From Isurus oxyrinchus (taxonomy: Eukaryota), in NCBI GenBank assembly GCA_026770705.1, contig JANJGN010000034.1:6510001-6574000 (forward strand): a DNA stretch of 64,000 bases, written 5' to 3'. The notes below the pieces were generated by a model. The model made no database searches, was not told the DNA's origin, and was given only the letters and a program-made list of their open reading frames with translations. The translations under genes were made by a program, and so were the position numbers. Positions 63,701 to 64,000 of the stretch are shown here, in pieces (the stretch's first letter is position 1; the number at the start of each line of letters is the position of its first letter).

Positions 63701-64000
63701 GTTATGTTACAATCCATACACACTTTTGACATGAAACTTTTTGCCCTTCCTTCTCTGCCGCTGAATCAAAATTCTAAATGTCAATTCCGAAAGCTGCCCC
63801 AACTGTTGTAGACACATTATTCTGTGTATGAAGGCCGCACCAGCCACACACCTTCTCAGGCCAATTAAGAATGTTAAACAAAACGTGGCCCAGGGTTGCA
63901 GCATGCAGATTCAATAAAATTAATTGAATAAATCGGTCTTGCATGTTCTAAATAACAATTATTCGAAACAATTTACAAGACATTACATTTAGCAGGGTCG

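Noticed and set aside
1-64000. Prokaryotic systems (CRISPR arrays, operons, defence islands), tRNA or rRNA genes
   Set aside because: Very low coding density and vertebrate retroelements throughout; no regularly spaced repeat array or structural RNA gene recognised.

Overview
AT-rich eukaryotic genomic DNA, not prokaryotic. The repeat content (CR1-clade LINE fragments, Deu-domain SINE pieces, Penelope-type termini, a Tx1-like 3' end) is typical of a cartilaginous fish (shark/ray); this is inferred from remembered repeat families, not from a search. Nearly all ORFs in the supplied track are chance or repeat-derived. The main signal is invisible to the ORF track: a plus-strand gene made of at least 14 (possibly about 18) tiny exons of 6-36 nt spread over about 45 kb (15375-60676). 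Each has AG/GT boundaries, a length divisible by 3 and a final G, and is stop-free in phase 1. Spliced together they encode a charged coiled coil built from paralogous 27-nt and 36-nt exons (27+36 nt = 21 aa = 3 heptads). The architecture recalls the heptad-exon tails of butyrophilin/BG/MOG-type immune receptors, but I found no Ig, transmembrane or B30.2 exon in the window, so gene identity is unresolved. Exon coordinates were counted base by base; repeat boundaries are approximate.
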